This document shows positions 6,395 to 16,145 of a DNA stretch of 47,752 nt, piece by piece (position 1 is the first letter of the stretch; each line of letters starts with the position of its first letter). The DNA lies in IMG/VR virus record IMGVR_UViG_3300012041_000009, positions 1 to 47,752 of that record; one strand, given 5' to 3'. The position numbers and the translations under genes are program-made. This DNA comes from a virus (Duplodnaviria > Caudoviricetes). A model generated the notes under the pieces. The model saw only the letters and a list, made by a program, of their open reading frames with translations, was not told where the DNA came from and ran no database searches.

Positions 6395-9112
6395 TCAGGC
6401 CAACTCGATCGTGAGCACGCCCTGCCCCGCGAGGCCGGACTCGAAGTTGTTGTCGACGTCGAACCCGGCACCGCCCCCGCCGCCGCCAGCGTAGATGCCG
6501 CCGTGCAGCACCCCGCCACCCGCGCCACCGCCGCCGCCGCTCTCGCTCGCGCTGTCGAGCACCAGCACGCCACCGTCCAGCAAGTCGCCGCCGTTGCCCC
6601 AGATCGCCGAGCCGGGGCCAGACGGAGACGGGCCCGCGCCATCACCGGTCGGCCCGAGCCCGCCCGCACCACCCGTCTGGTCGGTGCCGTCTCCGCCGTC
6701 GCCGCCGTTGAATTGATTGCTGATGGTCGCCTTCCCGCCGCCCGCACCACCGCCACCCGTGACACCGGACGCCCCGGGTAGGCCGTCATCGTTCGCCTGG
6801 CCCAGCCCGCCCGCCTCGCCGTCCACGCCGCCAGCGCCCACGTCCGCGGTCAGCGTCAGCAGGAGCAGGATGCTCGAGCCTGGCTCGCGGAAGTAGGTGG
6901 CGCCAGGAATAGAGAAGGTGATGTAGAACACCGAGTTCGATGCCGGGTTGACCGACCAGGCCGCGTGGACGGTCGCCACCTTCGTCGCCCCGACGTAGTC
7001 GGTAATGACACGGGTCTGCCCGACTCCAGTGCCCGCGGTGATGACGATGATCTGGTGGTTGTAGAAGTCGTCCACCGCCGACGCGCCCACATCGAGCGTG
7101 ATGGTGGACGCCCCACCCGCCTGCGCCGTGCCCGTGTGCGAGATGGTCGGACTGCCAATGATGTCGCCCACCCGGCACTCGTAGGCGAACTGCGTGAGCG
7201 GCACCACGACACCGGTGAGGTTGGACGCCCCGCTGCTGCCGCCGTTGCCGCCCTCGTCCGTCGCCAGGTTGGGATGCCCACCCAGTTCACCGGCCCCAAC
7301 CCCCTTGACCCGGATGTCCACGCCGAACCGATTGAACGCCAGCGAGTAGGTGCCAGGCACGGTCAGCGCCAGCGGCCCGTCCTGCGACAGGTTGTGATTC
7401 CCAGACGCCCCGCCGCCCACCAGGCTGTAGGACACCGTGACATCGGTATCGTTCGGGTCTGGTGGTGGCGGTGGCGGTGGCGCCACATCGCCGGTCGTCG
7501 CCGGCGCCACACGCCACCGGCAGTGCAGCACCGAGTGCTCGTCCAACTCGAGCTCAACGGCCTGGATGACCACGTCGTGATTGACCCCGGTCGCCGTTTC
7601 CGCGACCGTGATGCGGTCACCGATCTCCCGGTTGATGGCGGCTGAGACGAGGTCGGGCGTGTGCGCGACGAACTCCACTAGCTCGATCGGAATCGGGTCA
7701 GCGAACTCCGTGGCGAAAAAGTCCGCGAACGTCTGCCCCACCGCCGAGCTCGCCTGGTAGGGCAAATCGATAATGATCGGGTTCTCGCCGTAGATTTGGT
7801 CGGTGACCGTCTCGAACGTGCGCTCCCCATCGTCGTAGATGGGCGTGCCGCGGAACCGGAAGAACGGCTGGCCGGCGCCGTTGACCAGATACACGTCCTG
7901 CGCTCCGGTGTTCTCAATCTCCACGAGCGCCGTCGAGGCGAACGGCGTGACGGTGACATCGAGGTCCGCGGTCAGGTCGGCTCCGCTGCCGTCGGCGAGC
8001 GCGTTGCCGGTGTAGTCGGTGCTGGCGACCGGCGCGATGATGTCCGCGCCACCAATGAGGGTCCGCAGATCGTCCGGGTCTTGATACGGCGCCCAGAAGG
8101 CGAGTACCTGACCGGGGAACACGGTGATAATCCCCGTCTCTTGAAACAGGACGACCGCCGCCGTGCCTACCGAGCGCGGATGGGTCGTCACCCGCACCCG
8201 CGAATAGCTCTTGTCGGTGCCGGTCACCACGACCAGCCCCTGCATCGTGTCGTCGAAGGTGAGATGCGTGACCGCTGAGGCCCGCGTCTCCCGGTTCCGA
8301 GTCGTCAGCGCCCCGTCACCCGCGCAGAACACAATCGCATTCCCAGACTGCGCCACCCGTCGGAACACTTCCGCCGCCTTGACCCCGTCGCCCAGGTCGT
8401 CGAAGGCATACGGGTAGAGGTCGGACTGGGCATCGAAGTCGGTGGACGGCGGCCGGTAACTCGGCGACATCGCCGTATAGATGGCCTCGAACAACTCCGC
8501 GTCGTACTGGCTGACTCCGAGCGCGAGTTCGCGGATGTCCGACCGGAACAGGTCGTCCATGTGGTCATAGGCCGTGACGAACACGCCCTCTTTGAGATAC
8601 TGCCCAGGCGCCGGCCGGATGCGGCCGATGCGCCCGCGGAAGACGGTGACGATCGACAACTGGTTGGTGATATTGACCCGGCAGGGAATCCCGAGCGCCC
8701 AGCCATCCCGGACATCCGCATGGCGCGGCGAATACCAACCCGCCGTGCTGCCGCTGTTCCTCGCGTCGTTCCGCAGCGCGAAGGTGGCCTCACCGCTCGA
8801 GGCGACGATGTCCAGCGGCCCGTGTCCATCAATGCCGCGGCGGGTCGTGATATGGGCGACCGCTAGGAGGTCATCCGCGAGGCTCGTCCACTCCACATCC
8901 CCATCGAGGATGACCTCAACCAGCGAGGTCGGTGGCGACTCGACGAACGTCGTGCTGCCGATCAGCGTCTCGACCGCAATCTGCGCGAGGTTGGCCTGGT
9001 TGTTGACGAAGATCAGCGACTCGACCGCAATCTGGGCGAGGTTCGCTGAGATGGTGTCGAGATCCTCGAACGCCGTCTCGACCGGCAGCTGTGCCAGCCG
9101 AGCGTCGGTCAC
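6395..9112 (-). CDS. Tail tip/hub protein with a Gly-rich C-terminal fibre or receptor-binding region
   Basis: Hub-like core (VFRGRIGRI, REIGDRITV), poly-Pro linker, Gly-rich C-terminus; downstream of the tape measure gene. Confidence 0.75.
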   Translation of the reverse strand: MTDARLAQLPVETAFEDLDTISANLAQIAVESLIFVNNQANLAQIAVETLIGSTTFVESPPTSLVEVILDGDVEWTSLADDLLAVAHITTRRGIDGHGPLDIVASSGEATFALRNDARNSGSTAGWYSPRHADVRDGWALGIPCRVNITNQLSIVTVFRGRIGRIRPAPGQYLKEGVFVTAYDHMDDLFRSDIRELALGVSQYDAELFEAIYTAMSPSYRPPSTDFDAQSDLYPYAFDDLGDGVKAAEVFRRVAQSGNAIVFCAGDGALTTRNRETRASAVTHLTFDDTMQGLVVVTGTDKSYSRVRVTTHPRSVGTAAVVLFQETGIITVFPGQVLAFWAPYQDPDDLRTLIGGADIIAPVASTDYTGNALADGSGADLTADLDVTVTPFASTALVEIENTGAQDVYLVNGAGQPFFRFRGTPIYDDGERTFETVTDQIYGENPIIIDLPYQASSAVGQTFADFFATEFADPIPIELVEFVAHTPDLVSAAINREIGDRITVAETATGVNHDVVIQAVELELDEHSVLHCRWRVAPATTGDVAPPPPPPPDPNDTDVTVSYSLVGGGASGNHNLSQDGPLALTVPGTYSLAFNRFGVDIRVKGVGAGELGGHPNLATDEGGNGGSSGASNLTGVVVPLTQFAYECRVGDIIGSPTISHTGTAQAGGASTITLDVGASAVDDFYNHQIIVITAGTGVGQTRVITDYVGATKVATVHAAWSVNPASNSVFYITFSIPGATYFREPGSSILLLLTLTADVGAGGVDGEAGGLGQANDDGLPGASGVTGGGGAGGGKATISNQFNGGDGGDGTDQTGGAGGLGPTGDGAGPSPSGPGSAIWGNGGDLLDGGVLVLDSASESGGGGGAGGGVLHGGIYAGGGGGGAGFDVDNNFESGLAGQGVLTIELA

Positions 9113-10155
9113 GCCGTGACCTTCATGCCGAACTCGACGATGTCAGCCGCCACCCAGGCCGCGGCGGTGTCCGGGTCCAGCTCTTGGACTTCGCAGTGAT
9201 ACCGACCCGTCGTCACAATCGGTGACACGTTCCCGCCGTCATAGTCGGCGCCGCCCGTGCGCGTGACCGCGCAGACCGTCTTCGCCCCGGCGTCGGTCTT
9301 GAAGACCAGCAGGTTAGTCTGCACGCCAAGCACAGACCCGCCGCCGACCGATGGCGCCGTGAACTTGTAGGTGTCCTTCGCCGTGACGGTCGCCGACCCG
9401 TTGTAGTCGGTCTGGGAGAGCGGCGTCTCGTCCACCAGTGCCCCGTGATCCGTGCCCGTCGATGGGGTCAGGCCGGCATTGGCGCCGGCCGAGACCGCAT
9501 CCGTCAGCGGCAGCGCACAGTTGATGCGCCAGTTGCCGTCGAGGAAGTCGTTGTTGACGGACCCCTGCCCGTCACAGATGACGAGGTCGGAGAAGTAACT
9601 GGCATTCTGCCCGCCGACCTGGAAGTCGTCCCAGACGCCAGACGCCCCACCATTGCGCGTGTCCGCGCCCGTGCCCGAGAGCACGCTGACCCCGTCCACC
9701 AGTACTTCATACGTGCCAGCCGAATCGTGGATCACGCCCTTGAACTGGATGGCGTACCACGCCTGGAGCTCCAGTTGAAACGTGCTCGTGCCGAGGACGG
9801 TCGCGTCCCGCTGGACGCGCAGATGCCGCGTGCTGTCGATCGCCAGCGTGAGATGGACCGTCGCCGACTCCCGGCACCGGACCAGGCCGAAGGCCGAGAA
9901 CCCGCCCGACAGATTGAAGTAGCAGTACTCGTTGTAGATGAACGTGGACCCGCGGCTCCCGTAGGTCTTCGACGTGTAGCCACAGCCCGCCGTGCCGGCT
10001 GAGAAGTTCCGCCGCAGCGAATGACTGGCTCCAGGCCGCACGATGCTGGTGGACAGCGCGTTCCCGGTCAGGTCGCCGCTGTTGTCGTACTTCTTCGTCA
10101 CGTCGGCGATGGTCGTGCCGTAGTGCGAATAGGAATCCATGTGGACGAGGCTCAT
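9109..10155 (-). CDS. Minor tail protein (beta-sandwich, lectin/LamG-like)
   Basis: MSLVHMDSYSHY start, WYAIQFKG...YEVLVDG; directly after the tape measure gene. Confidence 0.6.
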   Translation of the reverse strand: MSLVHMDSYSHYGTTIADVTKKYDNSGDLTGNALSTSIVRPGASHSLRRNFSAGTAGCGYTSKTYGSRGSTFIYNEYCYFNLSGGFSAFGLVRCRESATVHLTLAIDSTRHLRVQRDATVLGTSTFQLELQAWYAIQFKGVIHDSAGTYEVLVDGVSVLSGTGADTRNGGASGVWDDFQVGGQNASYFSDLVICDGQGSVNNDFLDGNWRINCALPLTDAVSAGANAGLTPSTGTDHGALVDETPLSQTDYNGSATVTAKDTYKFTAPSVGGGSVLGVQTNLLVFKTDAGAKTVCAVTRTGGADYDGGNVSPIVTTGRYHCEVQELDPDTAAAWVAADIVEFGMKVTA

Positions 10156-12752
10156 GCTCTCACTCCCGCCAGAATCAGCGCATCGCGCAGGGCTCGGGCG
10201 TGCATCAAGGGCGACTCCGACAGATACCGCTCGAACCGCTGGTCCCGGCGCTCGAGTTCCGCCCGCAACCCGGCCACCTCCGAGCGCAGGACGCTGTCGC
10301 CGCCGCGGGCGACTTTCCGCAGCGTCGAATCCTTCAGGACATGCTCCGGCTCGTTCGCATCCCCCACAACCGCGAGATGGGGCGTCGTCAGGTTGAAGGC
10401 TTCGTTCCCGTAGGTCGGGATGCCGTTGATGCTCCCGGTCGGCCGGCGCATGTCTGGCGCTGGCCCCTGAGCGAACACGTTCATATAGGACTGGATCTGC
10501 GACCCGGTGCGGTTCAGCGTGTCGAAGTCTCGGGCGTTGTTGAAGTCGCGCCAGAGCCGCAGCCCATCACTGTTGTTGTTGCCGGTGCCGAAGATGCCGA
10601 GCGCCTGCTGAATCTGGTAGCCACCATTCGGGCCGAACTGCTCGAGCCACGCTCGACGAGCGGCCGCGACCTGGGCGGCGTTCGCGTTCTGCCCAAGCTG
10701 CGCCCCGAACAGCCCCGCAGCCGCGCCGACACCGGCCCCGATCGCGATGCCGTAGACGCCGCCGCCCATGCCAGCCAGTGCCCCGGCCGACGCCCCAGCG
10801 ATGACGCCCTGCGTGCGCGAGCCCGTGGAGTAGCCCGCCGAGAACCCCGCGATGCCACCCACGACCGCCCCGGAGCCATACCGCGCCCACGGTCCCACCG
10901 CCTGGTTGTAGCCGGCGAACATGCCGCCCCCGCCGCCGGATGCCGCGGAGCGCATGCCACCTGAGCCGACCATCAGCGAGCCACCAGGGCCGCCGCCGAC
11001 CATCGCGCCGCCGCCGCCCATGACCGCACCGGCCACCCCCTGCGAGGACTGGCCCATGACACCCATACCGGCGAGCCACTGCCGCACGATGCTCGAGATG
11101 TAATCCGAGATGCTGCGCTGAATCCCGCGCCAGATGTCCATCACGCCGTCGCGGAACGAGCGCACCCCGGTCAGCATGTCCGCGAAGGCATCGACGGTGT
11201 AGGTCTCCATCGAGTCCATCGCGTCTTGCCAGATGGTCGTGGCTTCCTTCGCGGTCTTCTGCACCGAGGCGATGTAGTGCTGCTGGCTCTCGAGCACCGC
11301 CGGCGCCGACCACATCCCGGCCCAGCCCGGAATGTCCACCGGCCCACTCGGCACGTCGCGGTCCTGCTGCGGGTTCAACATCTGCGGGGCCGACCACATC
11401 GCCGCCCACCCGGTCACCACGGCCCGTGTCGCGGCTTCCAGCTTCTTGGCTTCTTCGGTCGCCTTCCGCATAGCCTCGGCTTGATCGTCCGTAGCCTTCG
11501 CGGCCAGCCGCTGCTGCTCCTGGTAGATTTTTAGCGCCCCTTCGACCTTGAAGAACTCTTCCTCGAGTTCCTGCGCTGACTTCGCGCCGAGCTCCAGCGC
11601 GGCGTTGAGCTCGTCCCGCTGCGCCTTCGTCAGTGACTGCGCCTCGAGCGTGGCGGCGTTCAACTGCTCGGCGTAGGACTGCATCGCTGCGGCTGATTCG
11701 ACCCCGACCGCCTTGATGCCTTCCCCGACCGCCCGCGCCCGGCTCGCAATCGACTCGAACGACTGCGCCAGCGCCATCGCCGGCCGCTCCACGCCGAGCA
11801 GAATCTTCCCGAGCAGGTTGATGCCGCCGGATTGCAGCGCCTTCCCGAACCGCACCGTGGCATCGGTGGCGTCGTCGATCGCCTTGACCTGAGCGGCACC
11901 CGCAATCGTCGCCCCGTCTGCAATCTCATCCCAGCCATCCGCGACCACCGCGGCAATCTGCCCGAACGACTTCCCGAACAGCAGCACCCCGAGCCGGTTC
12001 CGCTCCGTGCTGTCCTCGACCTGGCCGAGCGCCTGCGCGATGCGGGTGAACTGCTGGTCTGGGGTCAGCCGGGACAACTCCTCGAGCGACAACCCGAGCG
12101 CATCCACCGCCGTCTTGACCGACTTCCCGCCGCCCGCGAGGTTGACCCCGAGCTTGAACGAGGCGTTGGTGAAGTCCTCCAGCGTGCCGCCCGCCTGTTC
12201 TGCCGCGAAGGACATCTGCTGCAGCGTGTCCGTGGTCAGGCCGGTCTTCTGGCTGGCGTCCGTCAGCGCCCCGGCCGTCGTCACGAGGGATGAGGCGAAG
12301 TTGCTGAGGGCCGAGACGCCGCGGGTCGCGAAGGCGCCCAGCGTGAAGCCCGCCGCCACCTGGCCGAGCGTGCCGCTGAACGACGCGGCCACCCGCTGCG
12401 TCAGCGTCATCTGCTGCTCGACCTTCCGTGTCGCGTCGGCCATCGCGACCAGCGACGCCGGCGCCTGCTGCCCGAGCGCCTTGTACTTCGCCAGTGCCTC
12501 GGTCAGCATGACGTTCAGACGCTGCTGCTCCTTCGCCGTCAGCACCGTGGCGCCGCCCATCTGCTCGATCGCCCGCACCGCGAGGTTGGCATCCTGCACG
12601 ATGCGGCGGCCCGAGAACGAGTCGCCCATCCGCGTCAGGGCTTTCTCGACTCGGGTACCGCCGGTCTCCAGCCCCTTCAACTTGACGGTTGCCCGGTCAA
12701 CCGCCGCCTGGAAGGTGGTGAAGTCTGCGAGGAAGGTCGCGGTAACAGCCAT
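10152..12752 (-). CDS. Tape measure protein
   Basis: 866 aa, Ala-rich and helical, KTGLTTDTLQQMSFAAEQAG motif; follows the tail chaperone. Confidence 0.9.
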   Translation of the reverse strand: MAVTATFLADFTTFQAAVDRATVKLKGLETGGTRVEKALTRMGDSFSGRRIVQDANLAVRAIEQMGGATVLTAKEQQRLNVMLTEALAKYKALGQQAPASLVAMADATRKVEQQMTLTQRVAASFSGTLGQVAAGFTLGAFATRGVSALSNFASSLVTTAGALTDASQKTGLTTDTLQQMSFAAEQAGGTLEDFTNASFKLGVNLAGGGKSVKTAVDALGLSLEELSRLTPDQQFTRIAQALGQVEDSTERNRLGVLLFGKSFGQIAAVVADGWDEIADGATIAGAAQVKAIDDATDATVRFGKALQSGGINLLGKILLGVERPAMALAQSFESIASRARAVGEGIKAVGVESAAAMQSYAEQLNAATLEAQSLTKAQRDELNAALELGAKSAQELEEEFFKVEGALKIYQEQQRLAAKATDDQAEAMRKATEEAKKLEAATRAVVTGWAAMWSAPQMLNPQQDRDVPSGPVDIPGWAGMWSAPAVLESQQHYIASVQKTAKEATTIWQDAMDSMETYTVDAFADMLTGVRSFRDGVMDIWRGIQRSISDYISSIVRQWLAGMGVMGQSSQGVAGAVMGGGGAMVGGGPGGSLMVGSGGMRSAASGGGGGMFAGYNQAVGPWARYGSGAVVGGIAGFSAGYSTGSRTQGVIAGASAGALAGMGGGVYGIAIGAGVGAAAGLFGAQLGQNANAAQVAAARRAWLEQFGPNGGYQIQQALGIFGTGNNNSDGLRLWRDFNNARDFDTLNRTGSQIQSYMNVFAQGPAPDMRRPTGSINGIPTYGNEAFNLTTPHLAVVGDANEPEHVLKDSTLRKVARGGDSVLRSEVAGLRAELERRDQRFERYLSESPLMHARALRDALILAGVRA

Positions 12753-12905
12753 CAGTCTGGTGTCTGTGCGTCGTTCAGATACTCGATCAGGTCAGCGTGT
12801 TCACGCTCGGTGAGCGCCCGCACATCCGCGAGCGTCCACCCGGTCATCACGCGGCAGATGGCGAGGTCGCTGCGGAAGGCCCTTTGCCACGCGCTCTTTT
12901 TTTTT
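12752..12905 (-). CDS. Tail assembly chaperone gpT segment reached by -1 frameshift
   Basis: A9 run (GAA AAA AAA AGA) at 12897-12905; the -1 frame reads KSAWQRAFRSDLAICRVMTGWTLADVRALTEREHADLIEYLNDAQTPD* and ends in a TGATG overlap with the tape measure start. Confidence 0.8.
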
Positions 12906-13263
12906 CGTCCTTGTCCTCCGCATCCATCGCGAGGATGTGCTGCTCGATCGCCGCGTCAATCTCATCAAAGGTCGCCGAGTTCAGCGCCCGCAACGCCGCC
13001 AGGCGCTTCTGGTCGGTGTCGATTACCACCACCTTGTCGTCTGGCCCGACGAAGCTCCAGTCCACCAGATACGCGGCAATCTGCGCGACCCCGAGCATCG
13101 AGACATTCGGCCGGAACGACCCGTCCGGTGTCACCGTCCCAGAGGCGACTTGCATCGCGTCCCGCTTCTCCCCGACCGTCAGCCGCTGCTTGACCTCGAT
13201 CCAGTCACCGTCCGACAGCGGCAACCGAGTCACGCTCGGCTGCACGAACCGACACCGCCCCAT
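12847..13263 (-). CDS. Tail assembly chaperone (gpG-like)
   Basis: LSDGDWIEVKQRLT...LVDWSF; GGAG SD before ATG 13263; slippery site near the 3' end. Confidence 0.8.
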   Translation of the reverse strand: MGRCRFVQPSVTRLPLSDGDWIEVKQRLTVGEKRDAMQVASGTVTPDGSFRPNVSMLGVAQIAAYLVDWSFVGPDDKVVVIDTDQKRLAALRALNSATFDEIDAAIEQHILAMDAEDKDEKKRARGKGPSAATSPSAA

Positions 13264-13540
13264 GATGTGCTCCAGTCTCTGTGCCCAGTACCGCACAGGT
13301 CATTCGTCCGTTGTCCTCGAAGACCACGTCCCGTAGTGGCCAGACCCACGCGCCCGTGTGCGCGGTCGTTGGAATCACGAGTGTCAGGGGACGCTGCTCG
13401 GCGCCGAAGGCATCGATGATGGTGACGCCTTCGGCCTTCAGTGTGCCGCCCGCTCCGGTGCGGTCTGACACCCACGGGCCGAGGCGTGCCACCAGGCGAT
13501 ACCCCCAGCGGATCTCCGCGCTCGGCCCTGTCACGCGCAT
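13205..13540 (-). CDS. Hypothetical tail-module protein
   Basis: 111-aa ORF between the tail tube and chaperone genes. Confidence 0.55.
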   Translation of the reverse strand: MRVTGPSAEIRWGYRLVARLGPWVSDRTGAGGTLKAEGVTIIDAFGAEQRPLTLVIPTTAHTGAWVWPLRDVVFEDNGRMTCAVLGTETGAHHGAVSVRAAERDSVAAVGR

Positions 13541-13557
13541 GCCTTGACCGCCTCAGC

Positions 13558-13956
13558 CTAGATGGCGACCCGGCCCCACGCGCCGTTCGCGACGAAGTTG
13601 CCAGAGATCGACACCGCGCCGTTGACCGGAGCACTCATGTTGCCGGCCAACCAGGCCGGGCCGTAGTGGTAGGAGCCGGTGGCGTCTGACGACGGATAGA
13701 GATACAGCTTGCAGCCGTCGGCAGAATCCGTCGCCGCGAAGAACTTCGTGTCCGTGTCGTCCCAGAAGCCGCTGATCGTGCCCGTGATGTCCGGCAGACC
13801 CTGCACGTAGGTCTTGTTCGTATCACCGAACGAGGTGACTTCGACCTTGTCGGTGTCGCGGTTCAGTGTCCATTCGGCCATCCGAACCAGGCTCGCGCCA
13901 CCGCTGCCGGTGGTGCTCAGGTAGACGACGGCTTTCTTGGCATGGTAACGAGACAT
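13558..13956 (-). CDS. Major tail (tube) protein
   Basis: EWTLNRDTDKVEVTSFGDTNKTYVQGLPDITGTISGFWD; gene order. Confidence 0.85.
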   Translation of the reverse strand: MSRYHAKKAVVYLSTTGSGGASLVRMAEWTLNRDTDKVEVTSFGDTNKTYVQGLPDITGTISGFWDDTDTKFFAATDSADGCKLYLYPSSDATGSYHYGPAWLAGNMSAPVNGAVSISGNFVANGAWGRVAI

Positions 13957-13977
13957 GTGTCACTCCCAGCGGCAGCG

Positions 13978-15081
13978 TCAGGCTGCCCGTGGCTGCTGAA
14001 GCAGCCGCTCGAGGTCTCCCAGGACTGAGGCCGCGCGCGCGACCCACGACATCTCGGCGACTCGCGCCGGTAACTGCGCCCCGATGGCGGCTCGAGCCTC
14101 GGCTTGTGGGAGCCAGTCTCGGATCAGATCAGAGGCTTCCTGCGGCGTCCCGAACGTCGGCACCAGGTCGCCGAAGACCTCCTCCACTTCCGGTCGAAAT
14201 GCCGACAGGTGGAACACGCCGCAGGCGGCCAACTCGTACGCGCGAGGGCTCAGCGAATCGCCAGCCACGGCCACCTGGCCGCCGCGCCCAGCCCAGCCCG
14301 TGCGCGTGCGATACAGATTGAGCCCGACCTTGGCGCGACGGTACAGCGACGCGGTCGTCTGGTTCGCGATGTTGCCGTCACGCACGCAGGCCATCACTGC
14401 TGGCTTCAGCCCGAGGCCCTTCCACGTCCCGTACAACCCGAGGTCGATACCGGACCAGTCAATGCTGTTGAACCACGTGACCCGCTCGGGAAAGCCGCTG
14501 CCGACGAAGACCACGTCGTGCGCGGGCACGTCCACGATCGGGGCATCCGGCCGGTGGAGCAATGGATGCCACCCGTGCCGGAGATACCCGCTGTTCGGCT
14601 GCACCTCTTGAAAGGCCGGCACCGAACTGCGCTCGGGCGTCCAACAGCCATCGATCTGCGCCGCGAAGGCGAGCTCCTGCTCTTGGTCGTAGGGCGTCTC
14701 GGTGAACAGGCAGACCACTCTCAATCCGGTGCGCTTCATCAAAGTCACGACGTCCGGATGGAGCAGCATGCCGCTCACGATCAGGACAACATCGACCTGC
14801 TGCCGGTGTGCCATCTCCCACGCGCCGATGCCGGCGTGGTACACGACATCCACCTTCGTGGGCTTCTGAAGGGGCTCGAGGCCAGCCTTTTTGCGATCAC
14901 GATTCTTCTGCCGCCAGAGCGTATAGACCCACTTGTGGGACGCTTCGAACCGCTCGTCGAGCCGATACGGAATCACATCCGCGCCGTGGTGCAGCAACCC
15001 GTAGCGAAGCCCCTCGTAGACATCGTGAGTCGACCACGATGCGCCTGGATGCACCAGCAAGACGCGCAGCGGCCGACTCAT
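13978..15081 (-). CDS. Glycosyltransferase, CgeB-like (GT-B fold)
   Basis: FTETPYD, HDVVFVGS, YRRAKVGLNL, SPRAYELAACGVF; start reassigned to ATG 15081 (ATGA overlap). Confidence 0.85.
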   Translation of the reverse strand: MSRPLRVLLVHPGASWSTHDVYEGLRYGLLHHGADVIPYRLDERFEASHKWVYTLWRQKNRDRKKAGLEPLQKPTKVDVVYHAGIGAWEMAHRQQVDVVLIVSGMLLHPDVVTLMKRTGLRVVCLFTETPYDQEQELAFAAQIDGCWTPERSSVPAFQEVQPNSGYLRHGWHPLLHRPDAPIVDVPAHDVVFVGSGFPERVTWFNSIDWSGIDLGLYGTWKGLGLKPAVMACVRDGNIANQTTASLYRRAKVGLNLYRTRTGWAGRGGQVAVAGDSLSPRAYELAACGVFHLSAFRPEVEEVFGDLVPTFGTPQEASDLIRDWLPQAEARAAIGAQLPARVAEMSWVARAASVLGDLERLLQQPRAA

Positions 15082-16145
15082 ACGAACGCCCCATGCGGCA
15101 CGGGCGACGCGAGCGCGGCCATCGTCGTGTTGACCTGATGGAGCCGGCACATCGTGCGGCACTCGCGGAAGTCGGTCCACTGGCTCGGATGCCGGGCCCA
15201 GGCAGCTGAGAACGACTCCTTCGACAAGTCGCCGAGGCACGAGTCCGCGAACCCGCGCCGCTGCGGGCAGAGCCACATGCGTCCGTCCGGCGTCACCGTC
15301 GTGGACAACTGGATGCCGCGGCAGGCGTCGTACGAACGCCCGGTCCAGTCCCTGTACTGACGGAAGCGGTCCACGTCGAGAATCACGTCGCGTTCGCGAC
15401 TCCAACTTTGGAGGCTCGTGTCCGCGTCGAACAGCCACTGCGTGTCGCCAGGGCCGAGTGTTGAATCGGCGCCCACCTGAATCGACGGCCGGAAGGTCGT
15501 GTAGGTCGCGCCGAGCTCGCGGGCCAGAGCCAGCATGCGGTTCATGCGCTTCCAGTTGGCCGCGTGAATCAGGAACGATGCGCCGACCACCGCTCGACCA
15601 CCGACGGTCGCCCGCACGCCGGCGCACGCCTGGGCGAAGGCGTCAGGGCTCACCCGCTTCTCGACTGCGTAGGACTCGGCGTCCGGGGCATCCAGCGAGA
15701 ACACGACGAAGTCCGCCCGGTGGCGCAGGCGCTCGCCCATCTCTGCCGTGATCCGACCTCCGTAGGTGTAGACCCCTTGCGAGAGACCAGCCCAGGCGGC
15801 GTTGTCCATGAGGTCGAGCCAGTCCGGATGCAGCGACGGGTCGCCGCCCCCGCTCCAGACGATGCCCTTCACGCCTGCGTCCGCCATCTCGTGCAGGGCT
15901 CGTCGCACCACCGCAGAGTCCGCCAGGTCCCCCGTCGCGTGGAAGGCCATCGGCAGGCGTCGCTCCAGCGTGGCCCAGGGCCCACGGCTGTGCGTGTGCG
16001 CGAAGTGGCAATCGACGCACCCGAGGCCGCAGCGGTTCGACAAGTCCCACTCCACCGTCACCGGCGCGGGCTTCTGCCCTCGGCGCCAGTCCACGATGCG
16101 GTCCATGTGCGCCTGCACCTTGGCGACCGGATCGATCCAGCTCAT
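15078..16145 (-). CDS. Radical SAM enzyme with SPASM/twitch domain
   Basis: CGLGCVDC (CxxxCxxC), WSGGGDP, FSLDA, C-terminal CRGIQ...PDGRMWLC...LGDL...CRTMC; start ATG 16145. Confidence 0.9.
   Translation of the reverse strand: MSWIDPVAKVQAHMDRIVDWRRGQKPAPVTVEWDLSNRCGLGCVDCHFAHTHSRGPWATLERRLPMAFHATGDLADSAVVRRALHEMADAGVKGIVWSGGGDPSLHPDWLDLMDNAAWAGLSQGVYTYGGRITAEMGERLRHRADFVVFSLDAPDAESYAVEKRVSPDAFAQACAGVRATVGGRAVVGASFLIHAANWKRMNRMLALARELGATYTTFRPSIQVGADSTLGPGDTQWLFDADTSLQSWSRERDVILDVDRFRQYRDWTGRSYDACRGIQLSTTVTPDGRMWLCPQRRGFADSCLGDLSKESFSAAWARHPSQWTDFRECRTMCRLHQVNTTMAALASPVPHGAFV

Noticed and set aside
6395-7500. Diversity-generating retroelement or invertible tail-fibre cassette
   Set aside because: No reverse transcriptase, TR/VR pair, invertase or flanking inverted repeats seen
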